Position numbers and translations under genes: made by a program
Source: Amphiscolops sp. MND2022
Lineage: Eukaryota
NCBI GenBank assembly: GCA_964187785.1
Contig: OZ076409.1
Span: 38,194,001-38,258,000, forward strand
Length of the DNA stretch: 64,000 nucleotides
Reading direction: 5' to 3'
Shown here: positions 63,264-64,000 of the stretch, piece after piece
Layout of the letters: every line of letters begins with the position of its first letter
Position numbering within the stretch: the first letter of the stretch is position 1
The notes under the pieces: model-generated
Told to the model about the DNA's origin: nothing
Seen by the model: the letters and a program-made list of their open reading frames with translations, nothing else
Database searches by the model: none

Positions 63264-63817
63264 GTAGGGGTGTGCTTGTTTGAAACAAGAAGCGCAATGG
63301 CAATGCTGAATTATTCAACTAACATTTGAACAATTAACAGCCCAAAAAAACTTTGAATTTGATCCGTAACCACTTGACCAATTTCTGAACGAAAATGGAT
63401 GAAAACAAAGGAAACATTGAAAACAATAGAAAATTACAGCATAGGATCTCATACACAAACAAGACTTGCAAACAACAAGACAACGTCTTTCAGTCGCCCA
63501 GAAGTTCGGAATGAATACGACGATCTCACTTTTTATGCAGGCTTCCGGCGTTTTCATTGGTTCATAGAAGTAGCATGGGACATCTGAATTTTGAAACCGC
63601 TCAAGTCTAAAAAAAAACAGGAACAAGATAAGGTAATAATACCCTGTCAGGTAATAAATAATTAGCGCCAAAAAACAAAGGGCGTACCCTTTTGTTCCGT
63701 CTAATCTTGTAAGGCGTGAATGCATATTGAATGCATTGAGACTCACTCAAGCAAAAATATGATATAGAACTAACCGATATGAGAAAATCGACAATTTAAT
63801 GTGAGGCTGGAATGGAA

Positions 63818-64000
63818 AACAAGCCCGGAAGGGCCCAGTTTCTTAAATATGCAAAAGATACTCTTGTTCAAAATTCATAAACTTTTCAGTGCCGGAAAAC
63901 GACCGAATGGATACGCATAAGAATCGAAAACCACTTTTCTCCAGCTGGAAACAACAAAAAACCATTTTTTGAGAAAAAATTCATTTTTTGGAAAAACTCT
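63818..64000 (-). mobile_element. 3' end of a HINE-type element running out of the window
   Basis: Reverse strand ends gggcccttccgggcttgtt; 63887-63970 is homologous to 42135-42220. Confidence 0.6.

Overview
AT-rich, transposon-dense animal genomic DNA; no prokaryotic-type systems. The main host gene is the 3' end of a Van Gogh/Strabismus (Vangl) planar-cell-polarity gene, which the ORF track does not show. It has three + strand exons (2796-2955, 14675-14809, 17094-17249). The first intron is an 11.7 kb GC-AG intron largely filled by a decayed BEL/Pao retrotransposon. Other host genes are an intronless class A GPCR (43787-45352, -) and the first exon of a second GPCR (62965-63263, +). The rest is mostly nested mobile DNA: an intact, very young Ty1/copia element; a recently inserted non-autonomous LTR element with a gag-like ORF inside its LTRs, splitting a Tc1 transposon; a decayed CR1/L2-type LINE with a 2A-like motif; a decayed Gypsy-like relic; CACTA-like, hAT and Mutator-like MITEs; and several Helentron-type (HINE/DINE-1-like) non-autonomous elements, some carrying tRNA pseudogenes or a 172-bp satellite. 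There is a 200-N assembly gap at 36574-36773. All homology calls are by-eye motif recognition; no searches were run.
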